Shown: in pieces, positions 37,778-49,679 of the stretch
Layout of the letters: each line of letters opens with the position of its first letter
Numbering within the stretch: position 1 is the stretch's first letter
Source of the DNA: Candidatus Pyrohabitans jungbluthii
GTDB lineage: Archaea > Hydrothermarchaeota > Hydrothermarchaeia > Hydrothermarchaeales > BMS3B
Reading direction: 5' to 3'
Assembly (NCBI GenBank): GCA_002010065.2
Contig: MTMD02000008.1
Location: 224,001 to 288,000 of the forward strand
DNA: 64,000 bases
Made by a program: the position numbers and the translations under genes
Notes under the pieces: generated by a model
What the model was told of the DNA's origin: nothing
The model's input: only the letters and a program-made list of their open reading frames with translations
Database searches by the model: none

Positions 37778-37827
37778 GATTGATCTATTACACAACAATT
37801 AAAATGTTTCTACTCCTATATACTATC

Positions 37828-38751
37828 ATGAGTTATGATAGGTCAAAGTACAGAGAAATGCAGGAGGTCATCCACGAAGACTACCTCAACTTCCGCAAAA
37901 CTCACTCTTATGTCGTCATCGAAAATGTAAAGGTCGCTCTTCCAGAGCGTCATGTTATAAAAAAGTTCGCCCCAAAGGATTTTAAGCTTGAAACGACGAC
38001 GGTGTGGAGCTTCCCGGCGCGCGGGGACTGGGCGACGCACCGCGGAAATTACCGGGGCAACTGGTCCCCCTACATACCGAGAAACCTCATCCTGCGCTAC
38101 ACCAAGAAAGGCGAGCTTGTGCTCGACCAGATGGTTGGCTCAGGTACTACGGCGGTGGAATGCAAGCTTCTGCAGAGGCGCTGCATAGCCGTGGACATCA
38201 ACCCGGACGCGGTAATGGTTACCCGAAACCGCCTCGACTTCTCCTATGCCCACCTCGACGAGGAGTATGAGGAACCGGAGATAAGAACTTATGTGGGCGA
38301 CGCACGCAACCTCAACCTAATACCCAGCGAGAGTGTTGACCTCATTGCAACGCACCCGCCCTACGCTGGCATAATCGCATACTCTGCAAAACGCGTTCCT
38401 GGCGATTTATCCTCACTTAAGCTGGAGGATTACATAGAGGAGATGCGCAAGGTTGCTGAGGAGTGCTACCGCGTGCTCAAGCCGGGGAAGCACTGTGCCG
38501 TGCTAATTGGAGATACCCGCAAACACAAGCACTATGTGCCCATAGCCACGAGGGTGCTGCAAGCCTTCCTCGACGCTGGCTTTGTTCTGCGTGAGGAGGT
38601 GATAAAGCTTCAGTGGAAAATGAAAACAACGCGCGAAAGGTGGCGCGGCAGCTACGATTTTCTGCTAATTGCTCATGAGCACCTCTATATCTTCAGGAAG
38701 CTGGCAGAAGGGGAAAAGGCGAGCAAATACAAAGCGAGTGCGAGGTGGTAG
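37828..38751 (+). CDS. Amino (N4-C/N6-A) DNA methyltransferase
   Basis: TTVWSFP.RG.WATH, DQMVGSGTT, THPPY, HEHLYIFRK. Confidence 0.85.
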   Translation: MSYDRSKYREMQEVIHEDYLNFRKTHSYVVIENVKVALPERHVIKKFAPKDFKLETTTVWSFPARGDWATHRGNYRGNWSPYIPRNLILRYTKKGELVLDQMVGSGTTAVECKLLQRRCIAVDINPDAVMVTRNRLDFSYAHLDEEYEEPEIRTYVGDARNLNLIPSESVDLIATHPPYAGIIAYSAKRVPGDLSSLKLEDYIEEMRKVAEECYRVLKPGKHCAVLIGDTRKHKHYVPIATRVLQAFLDAGFVLREEVIKLQWKMKTTRERWRGSYDFLLIAHEHLYIFRKLAEGEKASKYKASARW

Positions 38752-38810
38752 GTAAAGTGTATCCTTTAAATGGTAGAATGTTAAGAAATAATATAGAGTG
38801 AGGCTAAGAT

Positions 38811-39056
38811 ATGGAGAGAATAGTTGTTGACCCGAAAATAATGGCAGGAAAACCTGTGATAAAGGGCACACGAATACCCGTAGATGCAATTCTCAGAGCT
38901 CTTGCTGAGGGACTGAACGTAGATGAGCTTCTGGAGGACTATCCACAACTAACCCGTGAAGACATGAGGGCTGCGTTGATTTACAGTGCAAAACTGGTGA
39001 GCTCAGAGGACGTGTTTCCCAATGTTGCTGGCGGGCAAGGTGAAAAAGCTTGGTGA
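38811..39056 (+). CDS. DUF433 family antitoxin
   Basis: DPKIMAGKPVIKGTRIPV...YPQLT. Confidence 0.9.
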   Translation: MERIVVDPKIMAGKPVIKGTRIPVDAILRALAEGLNVDELLEDYPQLTREDMRAALIYSAKLVSSEDVFPNVAGGQGEKAW

Positions 39057-39406
39057 AGTTCCTGGTTGACGAAAGCTCCGGCAAGAAACTTTGCAATAAC
39101 CTTATTGCGAAAGGTTATGACGCAGTTTATGTCAGCGATGTAATTCCAGGCTCACCTGATGAGGGGGTACTTAAATTTGCCGAAAGAGAGGGCAGGATAC
39201 TGATAACCAATGACAAAGATTTTGCCGAGCTTGTTTTTAGGCTGCGCAAACCCAGCAGTGGGGCTATTCTCCTAAGACTAAAAAGAGATGTTCCCAAAAC
39301 AAGAACAGATTATCTGCTCTCTTTAATACAGGGTCAGGAAAATAAGCTGCCAGGAAGGTTTACCGTTCTAACAGAGATGGGTAATAGAGTTAGAAGAATA
39401 GAATAG
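39050..39406 (+). CDS. DUF5615 PIN-like toxin
   Basis: FLVDES, PDE, ILITNDKDF. Confidence 0.85.
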   Translation: MVKFLVDESSGKKLCNNLIAKGYDAVYVSDVIPGSPDEGVLKFAEREGRILITNDKDFAELVFRLRKPSSGAILLRLKRDVPKTRTDYLLSLIQGQENKLPGRFTVLTEMGNRVRRIE

Positions 39407-39431
39407 GTAAGCAGGCAGCGCGAGGTGGTAG

Positions 39432-40109
39432 CTACTCCAGCACCCTTATCCCCTCTCGCGTAAAGCCCAGGCGGAGTATATCTTTGGGATGCTCAGTGCC
39501 CTTGAGCTTGCGCACCTGCAGCCCCGGCTTAAATGTAGATGGCGTCTCCCCCTGCTGTAGGTAGAGGTATATAACACCGTCCGCCATGTAACTCTCAGGC
39601 GCAGTCGTCGCCTCGGGAGAAAACTCCGCCACAAGCAGGGTTAGTGTCTCCATCGCCTTGAGCACAGTAAAGAACTCATGCAGGAAGCGGCGGTACTCCT
39701 GGGGCTCGGTGAAGGTGTACGAGAAGGGGGTTATGGAGTCTATCACCACTCTGCGAGCATCGCTCCGGCGTATGAAGTTTATGGTCATGTCCAGCGCTTT
39801 GCGAGCACCTCTCTTCATGAGCACCTCGCTTATGTCCAGAAACTTCACCAAGCCCTCGTCGACGAGACGGCGGTCGTAGAAGCGGTAGCTCGCCATATAC
39901 TTGTGAATCTGGTCCACCGGCTCTGAGATGGCGGTGACGTATATCCCGAGTTCTCCCAGCTTTGCTCCACGAAAGAGGCACTGCATGCAGAAGGTGGTTT
40001 TCCCTGTGCCGGGCTCGCCCGCGACGAGAATAACACTGGGCGTTGGCAAACCGCCGCCTATGCGCTCGTCCAAGCCCTTAACTCCGGTGGAGGCTCTCTT
40101 TATTTCCAT
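39432..40109 (-). CDS. KaiC/RAD55-like RecA-superfamily ATPase
   Basis: STGVKGLD...GGGLP, GEPGTGKT, VIDS, ADGVI, KLKG. Confidence 0.9.
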   Translation of the reverse strand: MEIKRASTGVKGLDERIGGGLPTPSVILVAGEPGTGKTTFCMQCLFRGAKLGELGIYVTAISEPVDQIHKYMASYRFYDRRLVDEGLVKFLDISEVLMKRGARKALDMTINFIRRSDARRVVIDSITPFSYTFTEPQEYRRFLHEFFTVLKAMETLTLLVAEFSPEATTAPESYMADGVIYLYLQQGETPSTFKPGLQVRKLKGTEHPKDILRLGFTREGIRVLE

Positions 40110-40512
40110 GGTAACACCCTGCTCTCTTTCAGCGAAGCATCATTACTTTTGAACAGAAGTAGTATTTAAGCCTTGATTTAGAGCGTTGTGAAAGTGAAAT
40201 ACGGATGCCACATGTGTGGAGCACGGACTTAATCAGATGGTGCCTCGCAGCAGAGAGGATTAGATTCAATTTGTTTGTAGTCCTTTCCTGACACAATAAC
40301 TAAACAACAATCTTACTTTTTTACAGTTTGAGAAAAATAAATTATTTGTATCATGCCGGATAGGAATAAACTGAGGTTCGCCCAGAGACTATGCTTAAGC
40401 CAACTGCCAGAGTCTTAGGCTTTGCTACCTCCTGGGCAACCTCCCTCCTCACCTTTAACACAGCGCTTAACCGTCATACTCAGTATGTATTTTATCAGGC
40501 TAACCTAGGAAA

Positions 40513-41562
40513 TCAGTGCCAGTGCCTGTGATGTGTATCCGGGCAGTGAGGGTGGGTGTGTATAACCTCCTCATGCACATGCGCATGGATGTGGTAACCC
40601 TCTATTCCCTCGCTGTGCTCGTGGGTGTGGTGCCCGTCGTCGTGGCGGTGGTAGTGCTCGTGCACAACCCTAGCATGGTGATGCTCATGCGCATGGCTTT
40701 CGCTCACCATGAGCAGAGCTCCAGCGATCATGAGCAGAGTAGCAGGGAGCATAACCCAGCCCATCCACTCACCCAGAATCAAGACTGACACGGCAGCGCC
40801 CACAAAAGGCGCGAGACTGAAGAACGCCGCCGCTCTCGCAGCGCCAAGCCCCTGAAGCGCCATGATAAAGAGCACCAGGCTGAGACCATAACTGAAGGCA
40901 CCGAAGAGCAGGGCGATAATTATCGTTCCGCTGAGGGACAGGCTAATGCCAAGTGAAGCTGCAATGCCCAGTGATATCAGCCCGCCAGCTAAGCCCTTGC
41001 TCATTGCTATAAAAATGGGGTCTCTATCAGATATCATGCCTGTTAAGTTGTTGTCCAGGCCCCAGAAAAACATCGCAAGGACCACGAGCAATGAGCCCAG
41101 AACATTAAACTGCCCCAGGCTGGAATCCCATGTTAAGAGCACTCCACCTATGCTCATGGAGAGGAGAGCCGCCCAGAAGCGTTTTCCCGCATGCTCTTTG
41201 AATATCATAAAGGCGATTAAGGCGGTGGCAATGCTTTCGAGGTTGAGCAGCAGGGAGGTGGCAAAACCTGAGATTAAACTCAGCCCCTTCATTAACAGGA
41301 TGGGGGCGAGCACACCGCCGGCAATTATGGCACCCCCTAGCCAGGGTATGTCCTGCTTTCTAAGGTAAATCTTCCTCTCCGCGCCAAGACTTCTTTTGAC
41401 AGCCCAGAATAGGAATAAGCCAAAGAAGGCGCCAAGATAGAGAAAACCAGCCAAAGCTACCGGTGGAATCTCTCTCACAAGGATTTTGGCTATTGGGGGG
41501 CTGATTCCAAATAAAATGGCTGATAATAATATGTAAGCCAGTGAACGCGCGTTCATGACCAC
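40513..41562 (-). CDS. DMT/EamA transporter with His-rich C-terminus
   Basis: About 10 TMs; C-terminus HAHEHHH...HPHCPDTHHRHWH. Confidence 0.88.
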   Translation of the reverse strand: MVMNARSLAYILLSAILFGISPPIAKILVREIPPVALAGFLYLGAFFGLFLFWAVKRSLGAERKIYLRKQDIPWLGGAIIAGGVLAPILLMKGLSLISGFATSLLLNLESIATALIAFMIFKEHAGKRFWAALLSMSIGGVLLTWDSSLGQFNVLGSLLVVLAMFFWGLDNNLTGMISDRDPIFIAMSKGLAGGLISLGIAASLGISLSLSGTIIIALLFGAFSYGLSLVLFIMALQGLGAARAAAFFSLAPFVGAAVSVLILGEWMGWVMLPATLLMIAGALLMVSESHAHEHHHARVVHEHYHRHDDGHHTHEHSEGIEGYHIHAHVHEEVIHTHPHCPDTHHRHWH

Positions 41563-41686
41563 ACCCTACTATCTTCTACTTGAAATCCCAGGCTCACATC
41601 AGTATAAAATTCTGCCTCACCTGTAATAAGATTGAGAGTTACCCGCTCAGTAAGGGATATAAGCATTGAAGTAAAATTTAAAACTT

Positions 41687-42628
41687 ATGCAAAAGCTTGC
41701 GGAAATCTTCAAAACCACCCTGGCGATTAAGCGTGAGGAAGAGGTGCTGCTTGTCACCGACAACGCCATGCTTGAGGTGGCTTCGCTCATAGAGAGCGCC
41801 CTGCGAGAGCTTAGCCAAGAGGTTCTCGTGCTTAAAATGAAGCCCCGCTCAATGCATGGCGAGGAGCCGCCCCGCGTGGTGGCTGAGGCAATGAAGCATG
41901 CAAGCGTCGTCGTCGCCCCAACGAGCAAATCTCTGAGCCATACCGCAGCAAGGAAGCGCGCCTGCGAGGCTGGGGCGAGAGTAGCCACGCTACCTGGGAT
42001 TACACTGGAGATGCTAACCTCAGGGGGGATGTTAGCGGACTACCGCGAGGTTAAGCGCCTTGCCGAAGCCGTCGCCGAGAGGCTCAGCAGGGCAGAGAGC
42101 ATACGGATAAAAACAGACCTTGGCACAGACTTCACCGCCAGCTTAAAAGGCAGAAAAGCCTTAGCCGACACCGGGATAATCACAAAGCCAGGCGACTTCG
42201 GCAACCTCCCAGCCGGAGAAGGTTTCATAGCACCGGTAGAGGGCGAGAGCGAGGGTGTGCTTGTCTTCGACGGCTCCTTCGGAATGATGGGGAAGCTTAC
42301 AAAGCCTTTAAAGATACGCGTAGCCGAGGGAAAGGCGGTTGAGGTTGAGGGCGACGATGGCAGGATAAGCGCGCTCTTTCAACGCTATGAGAATGCAAGC
42401 AACGTCGCCGAGATAGGGATAGGTGTCAACCCAATGGCACGGGTTATAGGCAACGTTCTCGAGGATGAGAAGGCTTTCCGCACCATCCACGTAGCCTTTG
42501 GAGACAACCACACCTTCGGCGGCGCGACGCGTGCTGAGGTGCACCTCGATGGGGTCATGCTTAATCCTGACGTCTGGCTCGACGATGAGAAGCTCATGGA
42601 AAAGGGGAAGCTGCTATGTTTCCAGTGA
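41687..42628 (+). CDS. M29 family aminopeptidase
   Basis: GNLPAGE, AEIGIG, EDEK..TIHVAFG, HLD. Confidence 0.88.
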   Translation: MQKLAEIFKTTLAIKREEEVLLVTDNAMLEVASLIESALRELSQEVLVLKMKPRSMHGEEPPRVVAEAMKHASVVVAPTSKSLSHTAARKRACEAGARVATLPGITLEMLTSGGMLADYREVKRLAEAVAERLSRAESIRIKTDLGTDFTASLKGRKALADTGIITKPGDFGNLPAGEGFIAPVEGESEGVLVFDGSFGMMGKLTKPLKIRVAEGKAVEVEGDDGRISALFQRYENASNVAEIGIGVNPMARVIGNVLEDEKAFRTIHVAFGDNHTFGGATRAEVHLDGVMLNPDVWLDDEKLMEKGKLLCFQ

Positions 42629-43245
42629 TGCTCAACCTGCGCGATAGGCGAGTGGTGGTATTCGGCGGGGGTAAAGTGGCTGAACGAAGGGTGGCAAAGC
42701 TTCTCAGCGCAGGCGCTAGGGTTAAGGTAGTGAGCAAAAGCTTTACACGCACCATCAAAAAGCTCGAAGGGCAGAATCTAACCCTCATAAAGGCGGAGCT
42801 CAGCGAAGCAAACATAGCGCAACACCTGCGTGACGCTCTGCTTGTTTTCGCTGCCACCGATGATGCAGAGCTGAATGAAACCATAGCTAACTTGGCGAGG
42901 CGCGAGGGCAAGCTTGTGAACCGCGCAGATGGTGTTGCTGACTTTGTTGTACCTGCCTCCTTTGAGGTGGGCGACGTTATTATTGCAGTTTCTACTCATG
43001 GCAAGAGTCCTGCAACTGCGAAAATAATAAAAAGGAGAATAAAAAAAGCCGTGACACAAGAAGATATTCTCTTGGTAGAGTTACAAGAATTTTTGAGAGA
43101 AGCCTTGAAGCGCAGAATACCGAGCCAAGCTGAGAGGAGCCGCATGCTTAAGGCAATTGCTCATGATGAGAAAATTCTTGAGATGCTGAGAAGGGGCAAC
43201 TTAGAAGGGGCGAAAGCCCTGGGGCTCAAGTATCTGGAGGCGTGA
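42616..43245 (+). CDS. sirC: Precorrin-2 dehydrogenase
   Basis: GGGKVAERR, AATDD, VSTHGKSP. Confidence 0.88.
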   Translation: MFPVMLNLRDRRVVVFGGGKVAERRVAKLLSAGARVKVVSKSFTRTIKKLEGQNLTLIKAELSEANIAQHLRDALLVFAATDDAELNETIANLARREGKLVNRADGVADFVVPASFEVGDVIIAVSTHGKSPATAKIIKRRIKKAVTQEDILLVELQEFLREALKRRIPSQAERSRMLKAIAHDEKILEMLRRGNLEGAKALGLKYLEA

Positions 43246-43246
43246 G

Positions 43247-44581
43247 ATGCACACGGTAAACATACGTGTAACCCACCACCGTGCGGACGTTGCAACGCTT
43301 GAGGTTTTTGCCTTTCCCGACGTAAAAAAGGCTCTCAAGGACATCCATGCTTTGCGCTCTGTTAAGGAGTGTGTCATAATCCAGACCTGCAATCGCGTTG
43401 AGATTTTCGCCGCCGCAGAGGACGTGAACCTCGCATACCACGACATCGTGGACTACCTGATGGAGGATGTAATCTCGCGAATGCGCACCCGCAAGCTCTT
43501 TGAACACAGCGATGCCGAATGCGTGCCTCCCGATCTGCTCACAAAGCACATTGTGGAGTTCTCTGCAAAGCTCCACGACGCCATGGAGGTGGAGTACCAC
43601 ACAGACGCGCTGCGCCACCTGCTTCGTCTTGCAGCGGGCATAGAATCGATGATTGTCGGCGAAGATCAGATTCTGGGACAGGTGAGGGATGCGTACAACC
43701 TTGCGAAAGCGCTGGGCACAGTAGGTCCCTTCTTTGAGAAGGTTTTCACCAAAGCGCTTCATGTGGGGCAGGTGGTAAGGACTAAGACGAATATAAACAA
43801 GGGTGCGGTTTCCATAGGCAGCGCGGCGGTAGAGCTGGCAGAGCAGGTCTTCGGGAGCTTAGAAGGAAAGACTGCTCTCCTCATAGGCGCTGGTGAGATG
43901 GGCAAGCTCGTTGCCAAGTCGCTGGCTGAGCACAAGCTTAAGTCTCTTCTAGTGGCAAACAGAACCTACGAGAGGGCGGAGAAGCTTGCCGAGGAGCTGG
44001 GTGGAAAGGCGATACCTTTCGAGGCACTGCAGAAGGCGATAGCTGAGAGCGACCTAATAATCACCGCCACAAGTTCGCCAAAGGCTATAATTACCAGGGA
44101 GCTTATTGAGACAGCGCGAAAGGATAATAAAAACCTGCTGGTGATAATCGACGTCGCCATTCCTCGCGACGTTAGCGAGGACGTTGCCATGCTACCAGGT
44201 GTGCGCCTTTTTAATATAGACGGCTTGCGCGAGGTTGCTGAGCGCAACAGGAAGGCGAGGGAGAAGGAGATAGTAAAGGTAGAGGAGATTATAGACAGGG
44301 AGATGGCGCTGCTTATCAAGCAGCTTTACCGCATCGACGTGGAAGGCATAATACGTGACTTATTCAAAGAGGCGGAGAAGGTTCGCCAGCGCGAGCTTGG
44401 TAAGGCGCTGCGCATGCTGGGAGACGGGTTGGGGGAGAGGGAGAAGCGCATTATTGACGACCTCACCCGCGTAATTGTGAACCGCCTCACATCGCCAATA
44501 GCTGAGAACATACGCAAGGCTGCAGAGCAAGGCGACCAAGAGGCGGTGAAGGTGGCTGAGAAGTGGTTTAGGGGTGCGTAG
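43247..44581 (+). CDS. hemA: Glutamyl-tRNA reductase
   Basis: [28 protein letters not shown]. Confidence 0.95.
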   Translation: MHTVNIRVTHHRADVATLEVFAFPDVKKALKDIHALRSVKECVIIQTCNRVEIFAAAEDVNLAYHDIVDYLMEDVISRMRTRKLFEHSDAECVPPDLLTKHIVEFSAKLHDAMEVEYHTDALRHLLRLAAGIESMIVGEDQILGQVRDAYNLAKALGTVGPFFEKVFTKALHVGQVVRTKTNINKGAVSIGSAAVELAEQVFGSLEGKTALLIGAGEMGKLVAKSLAEHKLKSLLVANRTYERAEKLAEELGGKAIPFEALQKAIAESDLIITATSSPKAIITRELIETARKDNKNLLVIIDVAIPRDVSEDVAMLPGVRLFNIDGLREVAERNRKAREKEIVKVEEIIDREMALLIKQLYRIDVEGIIRDLFKEAEKVRQRELGKALRMLGDGLGEREKRIIDDLTRVIVNRLTSPIAENIRKAAEQGDQEAVKVAEKWFRGA

Positions 44582-44582
44582 A

Positions 44583-45563
44583 ATGTTTCCAACACGGAGA
44601 ATGAGGAGGTTGAGGAGGACCGAGAAGATTAGAAGCATGGTTCGCGAAACTGTGCTTACAAAGAACGACCTCATCTACCCAATTTTTGTGGACGAGACCA
44701 TAGAGGAGCGCGTAGAGATCGGGAGTATGCCTGGTCAGTACCGCCTGCCTCTAAGCGAGGTGCGCGACGAAGCGCTGGAAGTGGTAAGCTTGGGCATACC
44801 TGCGGTTATCTTATTCGGCATACCTGAGCACAAGGATGAGGTGGGAAGCGAGGCTTACAACAGCGAGGGCATTATCCAGCGTGCGGTTAGCGAGATAAAA
44901 GACGAAGTCGGCGATGATCTTGTGGTGATAACCGACGTTTGCTTGTGTGAGTACACATCCCATGGGCACTGTGGTGTTGTAGAGGACGGGGAGATTCTTA
45001 ACGACCCTACCCTAGAACTGCTCGCAAAGGAGGCGGTTTCCCATGCTGAGGCGGGCGCAGACATAGTTGCGCCAAGCGACATGATGGACGGGCGCGTAGC
45101 GAAGATTCGTGAGGCGCTTGACGACGCCGGTTACAAAAATGTGGCGATACTGAGCTACGCTGCCAAGTACGCCTCTTCCTTTTATGGACCCTTCCGCGAC
45201 GCTGCAAAGAGTGCACCCGCCTTTGGGGACAGGCGAAGCTATCAGATGGACCCTGCCAATGCGAACGAAGCTCTGAGGGAGGTTTATCTGGACATTCAGG
45301 AGGGTGCGGACATGGTTATGGTAAAGCCGGCACTAGCGTACCTAGACATAATCACCAGGGTAAAGGAGCGCTTCCGCATGCCCACCGCTGCGTATAACGT
45401 GAGCGGCGAGTATGCAATGGTGAAGGCAGCCTCGGCGATGGGTTATGTGGATGAGAAGAGCCTAGTGCTGGAGATTCTCACCTCTATAAAGCGAGCCGGC
45501 GCTGATATGATTCTAACCTACCACGCTAAAGACGTGGCATCGTGGCTAGAAAGGAGTGAGTAG
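44583..45563 (+). CDS. hemB: Porphobilinogen synthase
   Basis: [27 protein letters not shown]. Confidence 0.97.
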   Translation: MFPTRRMRRLRRTEKIRSMVRETVLTKNDLIYPIFVDETIEERVEIGSMPGQYRLPLSEVRDEALEVVSLGIPAVILFGIPEHKDEVGSEAYNSEGIIQRAVSEIKDEVGDDLVVITDVCLCEYTSHGHCGVVEDGEILNDPTLELLAKEAVSHAEAGADIVAPSDMMDGRVAKIREALDDAGYKNVAILSYAAKYASSFYGPFRDAAKSAPAFGDRRSYQMDPANANEALREVYLDIQEGADMVMVKPALAYLDIITRVKERFRMPTAAYNVSGEYAMVKAASAMGYVDEKSLVLEILTSIKRAGADMILTYHAKDVASWLERSE

Positions 45564-45564
45564 T

Positions 45565-46836
45565 ATGACACGTTCTGAGGAACTTTTCAATGAGGCTAAG
45601 CGTTACCTCGTTGGCGGAGTTAATTCGCCGGTAAGGGCGATGAAGCCCTTCCCCTTCTTCACTGCTCGCGCAGAGGGAGCAAGGCTTTACGACGTGGATG
45701 GCAATAGCTACATCGACTATTGCCTCGCCTATGGTCCGCTGATACTTGGTCATGCCTACCCGAGGGTGGTGGAGGCGGTTAAGGAGCAGCTGGAGAAGGG
45801 CTCCGCTTACGGCACGCCCACGGAGCTTGAGCTGGAGTTTGCGAAGCGTATTGTTAAGGCGGTGCCCAGCGCTGAGATGGTGCGCTTTGTGAACACTGGC
45901 ACTGAAGCTACAATGGCGGCGATACGCTTGGCGAGAGGGGTAACGGGAAGGAAGAAGATTGTCAAGTTTGAAGGCGCATTTCATGGAGCCCACGATTATG
46001 TTCTTGTAAAGGCTGGGAGCGGCGCAACCACGCATGGCGTACCCACCTCTGCGGGCATACCCGAGGAGACCACGAGCAACACGTTGCTGGCGCCCTTCAA
46101 CGACGAGGCTGCAATAGAGAGACTCTTTAAGGAACAGGGCGAAGAGATCGCTGCGGTAATTCTGGAGCCAATAATAGGCAACGCTGGCTGCATCCTTCCG
46201 AAGGAGGGTTACCTGAAGTTCCTGCGCGAGGTTACCGCTGAGGCAGGAGCGATGCTGATTTTCGATGAGGTTATCACTGGCTTCAGGCTTTGCCTGGGAG
46301 GTGCGCAGGAGTACTACGGTGTTACGCCGGATATAACCACGCTTGGCAAAATCGCAGGCGGAGGGTTACCAATAGGCATAATCACCGCCTCACGTGAGGT
46401 TATGGAGAACTTCTCGCCGGTGGGTAAGGTTTACCAGGCGGGCACGTTTAACGGCAACCCGCTGAGCATGGCAGCCGGACTGGCGACGATAGAAGAGCTG
46501 GAGAAGGGCGAGGTGTACCGCAAACTGGAAGAACTCGGCAAGCGCATCCGCAGAGGTTTGGAGGAGGTTAGCCATGACGCCGGGTTTGAAACCAAGGTTT
46601 ACGGCGTTGCCTCGATGTTCCAGATGTACTTCACTGGCAGCGAGGTATACGACTACACTTCAGCGTTAAAGGCAAACGCCGAGCTGTTTCTGCGCTACCA
46701 GCAGGAGATGCTTCGCCAAGGCGTGTTCATCCCGCCTTCACAGTACGAGTGCAACTTCCTGAGCTACGCCCACAGTAAGGAGGAGATAGACTATACGCTG
46801 GAGAAGGCTGAAGAGGTACTGAGGTCACTCAAATGA
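45565..46836 (+). CDS. hemL: Glutamate-1-semialdehyde aminomutase
   Basis: [35 protein letters not shown]. Confidence 0.97.
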   Translation: MTRSEELFNEAKRYLVGGVNSPVRAMKPFPFFTARAEGARLYDVDGNSYIDYCLAYGPLILGHAYPRVVEAVKEQLEKGSAYGTPTELELEFAKRIVKAVPSAEMVRFVNTGTEATMAAIRLARGVTGRKKIVKFEGAFHGAHDYVLVKAGSGATTHGVPTSAGIPEETTSNTLLAPFNDEAAIERLFKEQGEEIAAVILEPIIGNAGCILPKEGYLKFLREVTAEAGAMLIFDEVITGFRLCLGGAQEYYGVTPDITTLGKIAGGGLPIGIITASREVMENFSPVGKVYQAGTFNGNPLSMAAGLATIEELEKGEVYRKLEELGKRIRRGLEEVSHDAGFETKVYGVASMFQMYFTGSEVYDYTSALKANAELFLRYQQEMLRQGVFIPPSQYECNFLSYAHSKEEIDYTLEKAEEVLRSLK

Positions 46837-47750
46837 AGCTCGTGATAGGCACCCGCGGGAGCAAGCTGGCACTGTGGCAGACGGACTACATTGCCTCTCT
46901 GCTCAAGGAGCGCTTCCCGGAGCTGGAGTTTGAGAAGAGGATAATTAAGACAACCGGCGACAAGCTTCGCGACGCTCCTCTTGCGAAGATAGGTGGCAAG
47001 GGTTTGTTCGTCAAGGAGATAGACGAGGCAGTCGCTCGCGGCGATGTTGACTTCGCTGTGCACAGCATGAAGGATGTGCCTACAGAGCTTTTACCCGAGC
47101 TCACCATCGCTGCTACGCCCGAGAGGGAGGAGGTGAATGACGCCTTAATATCGCGCGAAGGGCTGGGCATAGAGGAGCTACCTGAGGGCGCTGTAGTAGG
47201 CACCAGCAGCCTGCGCAGAATCGCGGAGGTGAAGAACTTCCGTCCTGACCTCGAAGTTAAGAACCTTCGTGGCAATGTGGACACGAGACTGAGGAAGCTA
47301 AAAGCTGGGGAGTACGACGCCATTGTCATGGCAAAAGCTGGACTTAAACGCCTTGGCTTTGAGCATGAGATAACCCAGACTTTGCCCGTGGAGCAATTCA
47401 CGCCCAGCGTGGGGCAGGGCGCCATCGCCGTAGTGGCGCGCAGAGATGGCGAGGTTATGGACTACCTCAGGGCGATAAACCACGAGGAAAGCCTGGCTCG
47501 TGTAAAAGCGGAGCGTGCTCTTCTCAGCAGCCTTGGTGGGGGATGCCAGGTGCCACTGGGCGCGTACACCGAGGTTAGCAATAATACCCTAAGTATCCAC
47601 GCAGTTGTGCTTTCGCCAGATGGAGGCGAGCGCGTGGAGGTAAGACTTAAAGGCAAGGTGAGCGATGCCGAGAGGCTGGGCAAAGCTGCGGCAGAGGCGC
47701 TTCTCGAGAAGGGCGCCAGGGAGATTCTGGATAGGGTTTATAGTCAGTGA
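46833..47750 (+). CDS. hemC: Hydroxymethylbilane synthase
   Basis: [30 protein letters not shown]. Confidence 0.97.
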   Translation: MKLVIGTRGSKLALWQTDYIASLLKERFPELEFEKRIIKTTGDKLRDAPLAKIGGKGLFVKEIDEAVARGDVDFAVHSMKDVPTELLPELTIAATPEREEVNDALISREGLGIEELPEGAVVGTSSLRRIAEVKNFRPDLEVKNLRGNVDTRLRKLKAGEYDAIVMAKAGLKRLGFEHEITQTLPVEQFTPSVGQGAIAVVARRDGEVMDYLRAINHEESLARVKAERALLSSLGGGCQVPLGAYTEVSNNTLSIHAVVLSPDGGERVEVRLKGKVSDAERLGKAAAEALLEKGAREILDRVYSQ

Positions 47751-47835
47751 GCCATTGAAAGATTCCAAAAAATTTTAAGTGGTTACCCCGTGGGGATTGC
47801 CTTGATTTCGCTCATTCTTACCGGAGGAAATTTTT

Positions 47836-48225
47836 ATGGCAAGATGGCAAGGCAGATCTGTAAGGAAAATCACTGGCGGCAGGTACAAGCGCTTCAGGAA
47901 GAAGCGCAAATATGAGCTTGGCAGAGAGCAGGCAGAGACCAGGATAGGCAAGGTGCGCGCCAAGGTTATACGCGTGCGTGGGGGGAACGTAAAAGTCAGG
48001 CTCTTCGAGACCCAGTATGCGAACGTCGTCGACCCAAAGACGGGCAAAGCCCAGAAGGTGGAGATAAAAAGAGTGGTCGAAAACAAGGCAAACCCCCACT
48101 ACGTGAGGAGAAACATAATAACCAAGGGGGCAATAATCCTCACAGAGCTTGGTGAGGCGAGGGTAACCTCGCGACCGGGGCAAGATGGAAGTGTTAATGC
48201 CGTTCTTCTTGAGAAGAAGGCATAA
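47836..48225 (+). CDS. rps8e: 30S ribosomal protein S8e
   Basis: [25 protein letters not shown]. Confidence 0.97.
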   Translation: MARWQGRSVRKITGGRYKRFRKKRKYELGREQAETRIGKVRAKVIRVRGGNVKVRLFETQYANVVDPKTGKAQKVEIKRVVENKANPHYVRRNIITKGAIILTELGEARVTSRPGQDGSVNAVLLEKKA

Positions 48226-48311
48226 ATTTTTATATTCCCTTTTTCTTATTAAGTGTTATAAGATGCAAAACTGTCATAGAGGGGTTGCTCCTCCAGGAGG
48301 AATAAAGTAAG

Positions 48312-49568
48312 GTGCCTGAAGCACTCTGGTACGGTGAGATAGTAAGCCTAGCAGTGCTTTTCCTTTTATCAGCCTTCTTCTCGGGCTCTGAAACTGCCTA
48401 CCTTGCTGTGAGCAGGGCTAAGATACGGAAGCTTGCAAAAGATGGTGATCCCCGCGCTAAGGTTCTTCTCCATCTGATAGAGCACCCCAACCGCGTGATT
48501 GTTACAATACTAGTGGGCAACAACCTGGTGAATATCACCGCCGCCTCTCTCGCGACATCGCTGGCTATCGAAGCCTTCGGAAGCAAAGGGATAGGCATCG
48601 CCACCGGCGTGGTCACCCTGATAGTACTCATCTTTGGGGAAATAACGCCGAAGAGCTACTCTGCGACTAATGCCGAGAAGGTTGCGCTTTTTGTGGCAAG
48701 GCCAATATACCTGCTCATGAAGCTCCTTGCCCCGCTGGTGCTGCTCCTCTCCAAATTTGCGAAGCTGCTGGTGAAAAGCTTTGGTGGTGAGGTCAAGCTT
48801 GGTCCCTTTATTACAGAGGAAGAGCTGAAGATGCTGGTCGAGGTAGGCGAAGAGGTGGGGGCGATTGAGAAAGAAGAGAAGGAGATGATCTCCGGCATTT
48901 TTGAGTTTGGAGACACCGATGTCAAGGAAATAATGGTGCCGCGCATAGACATGAAGTGCATTGAGGCGGGAGAGAGCATTGAGACGGCGAGGAAGCTCAT
49001 TCTTGAGACGGGGCACTCGCGGATACCTGTGTATGAGGGGAGCATAGACAACATCATTGGCATCCTCTATGCTAAGGATTTGCTGAAGTATCTCAACTCA
49101 AAGGGTGCTAAACCGAAGTCGCTTCGCGAGATTATTCGCCCTGCGTACTTCGTGCCCGAGACCAAGAAGCTGGACGATTTGCTCCGAGAATTCCAGCAGA
49201 ACAGGGTGCAGATTGCAATAGTCGTCGATGAGTACGGTGGTACCGCTGGCATGGTGACGCTTGAGGACATTCTGGAGGAGATTGTGGGAGAGATAAAGGA
49301 CGAGTACGACATCGCAGAGGAGGAGCCACTGGAGCGCATAGATGAAAAGCAGGCTATCGTAGATGCGAGGATGAGCATCCACGACGTTAACGAGGCTCTG
49401 GATATCAACCTGCCCGAAGAGGAGTTCGACACCATAGGTGGGCTCGTGTTTAACACTATTGGCAGGATACCCTCGCCTGGAGATGAGGTGGAGATAGACG
49501 GTGTTAAGCTGAGGGTGGAGAAAATGAGGGGGAGGAGAATTATGAAGGTAAGGGTGATTAGGGAGTAG
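48312..49568 (+). CDS. CNNM/HlyC-CorC family protein
   Basis: [32 protein letters not shown]. Confidence 0.92.
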   Translation: MPEALWYGEIVSLAVLFLLSAFFSGSETAYLAVSRAKIRKLAKDGDPRAKVLLHLIEHPNRVIVTILVGNNLVNITAASLATSLAIEAFGSKGIGIATGVVTLIVLIFGEITPKSYSATNAEKVALFVARPIYLLMKLLAPLVLLLSKFAKLLVKSFGGEVKLGPFITEEELKMLVEVGEEVGAIEKEEKEMISGIFEFGDTDVKEIMVPRIDMKCIEAGESIETARKLILETGHSRIPVYEGSIDNIIGILYAKDLLKYLNSKGAKPKSLREIIRPAYFVPETKKLDDLLREFQQNRVQIAIVVDEYGGTAGMVTLEDILEEIVGEIKDEYDIAEEEPLERIDEKQAIVDARMSIHDVNEALDINLPEEEFDTIGGLVFNTIGRIPSPGDEVEIDGVKLRVEKMRGRRIMKVRVIRE

Positions 49569-49679
49569 GTCTGAAATATGTACTTAAGTCTTCTGGCCAC
49601 ATTCTGGCATTTTTAAAATCGCCACTTACACGTACAACTTTATAATGGCAAACCACTCGGCTTGCAAACCCTTTTGACA

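Noticed and set aside
39432-40109. Circadian clock KaiC
   Set aside because: Single-domain KaiC-like ATPases are common in archaea, and there is no kaiA or kaiB nearby.
40190-40265. Small zinc-finger gene (YGCHMCGA)
   Set aside because: Only one CxxC before a stop; at most a remnant.
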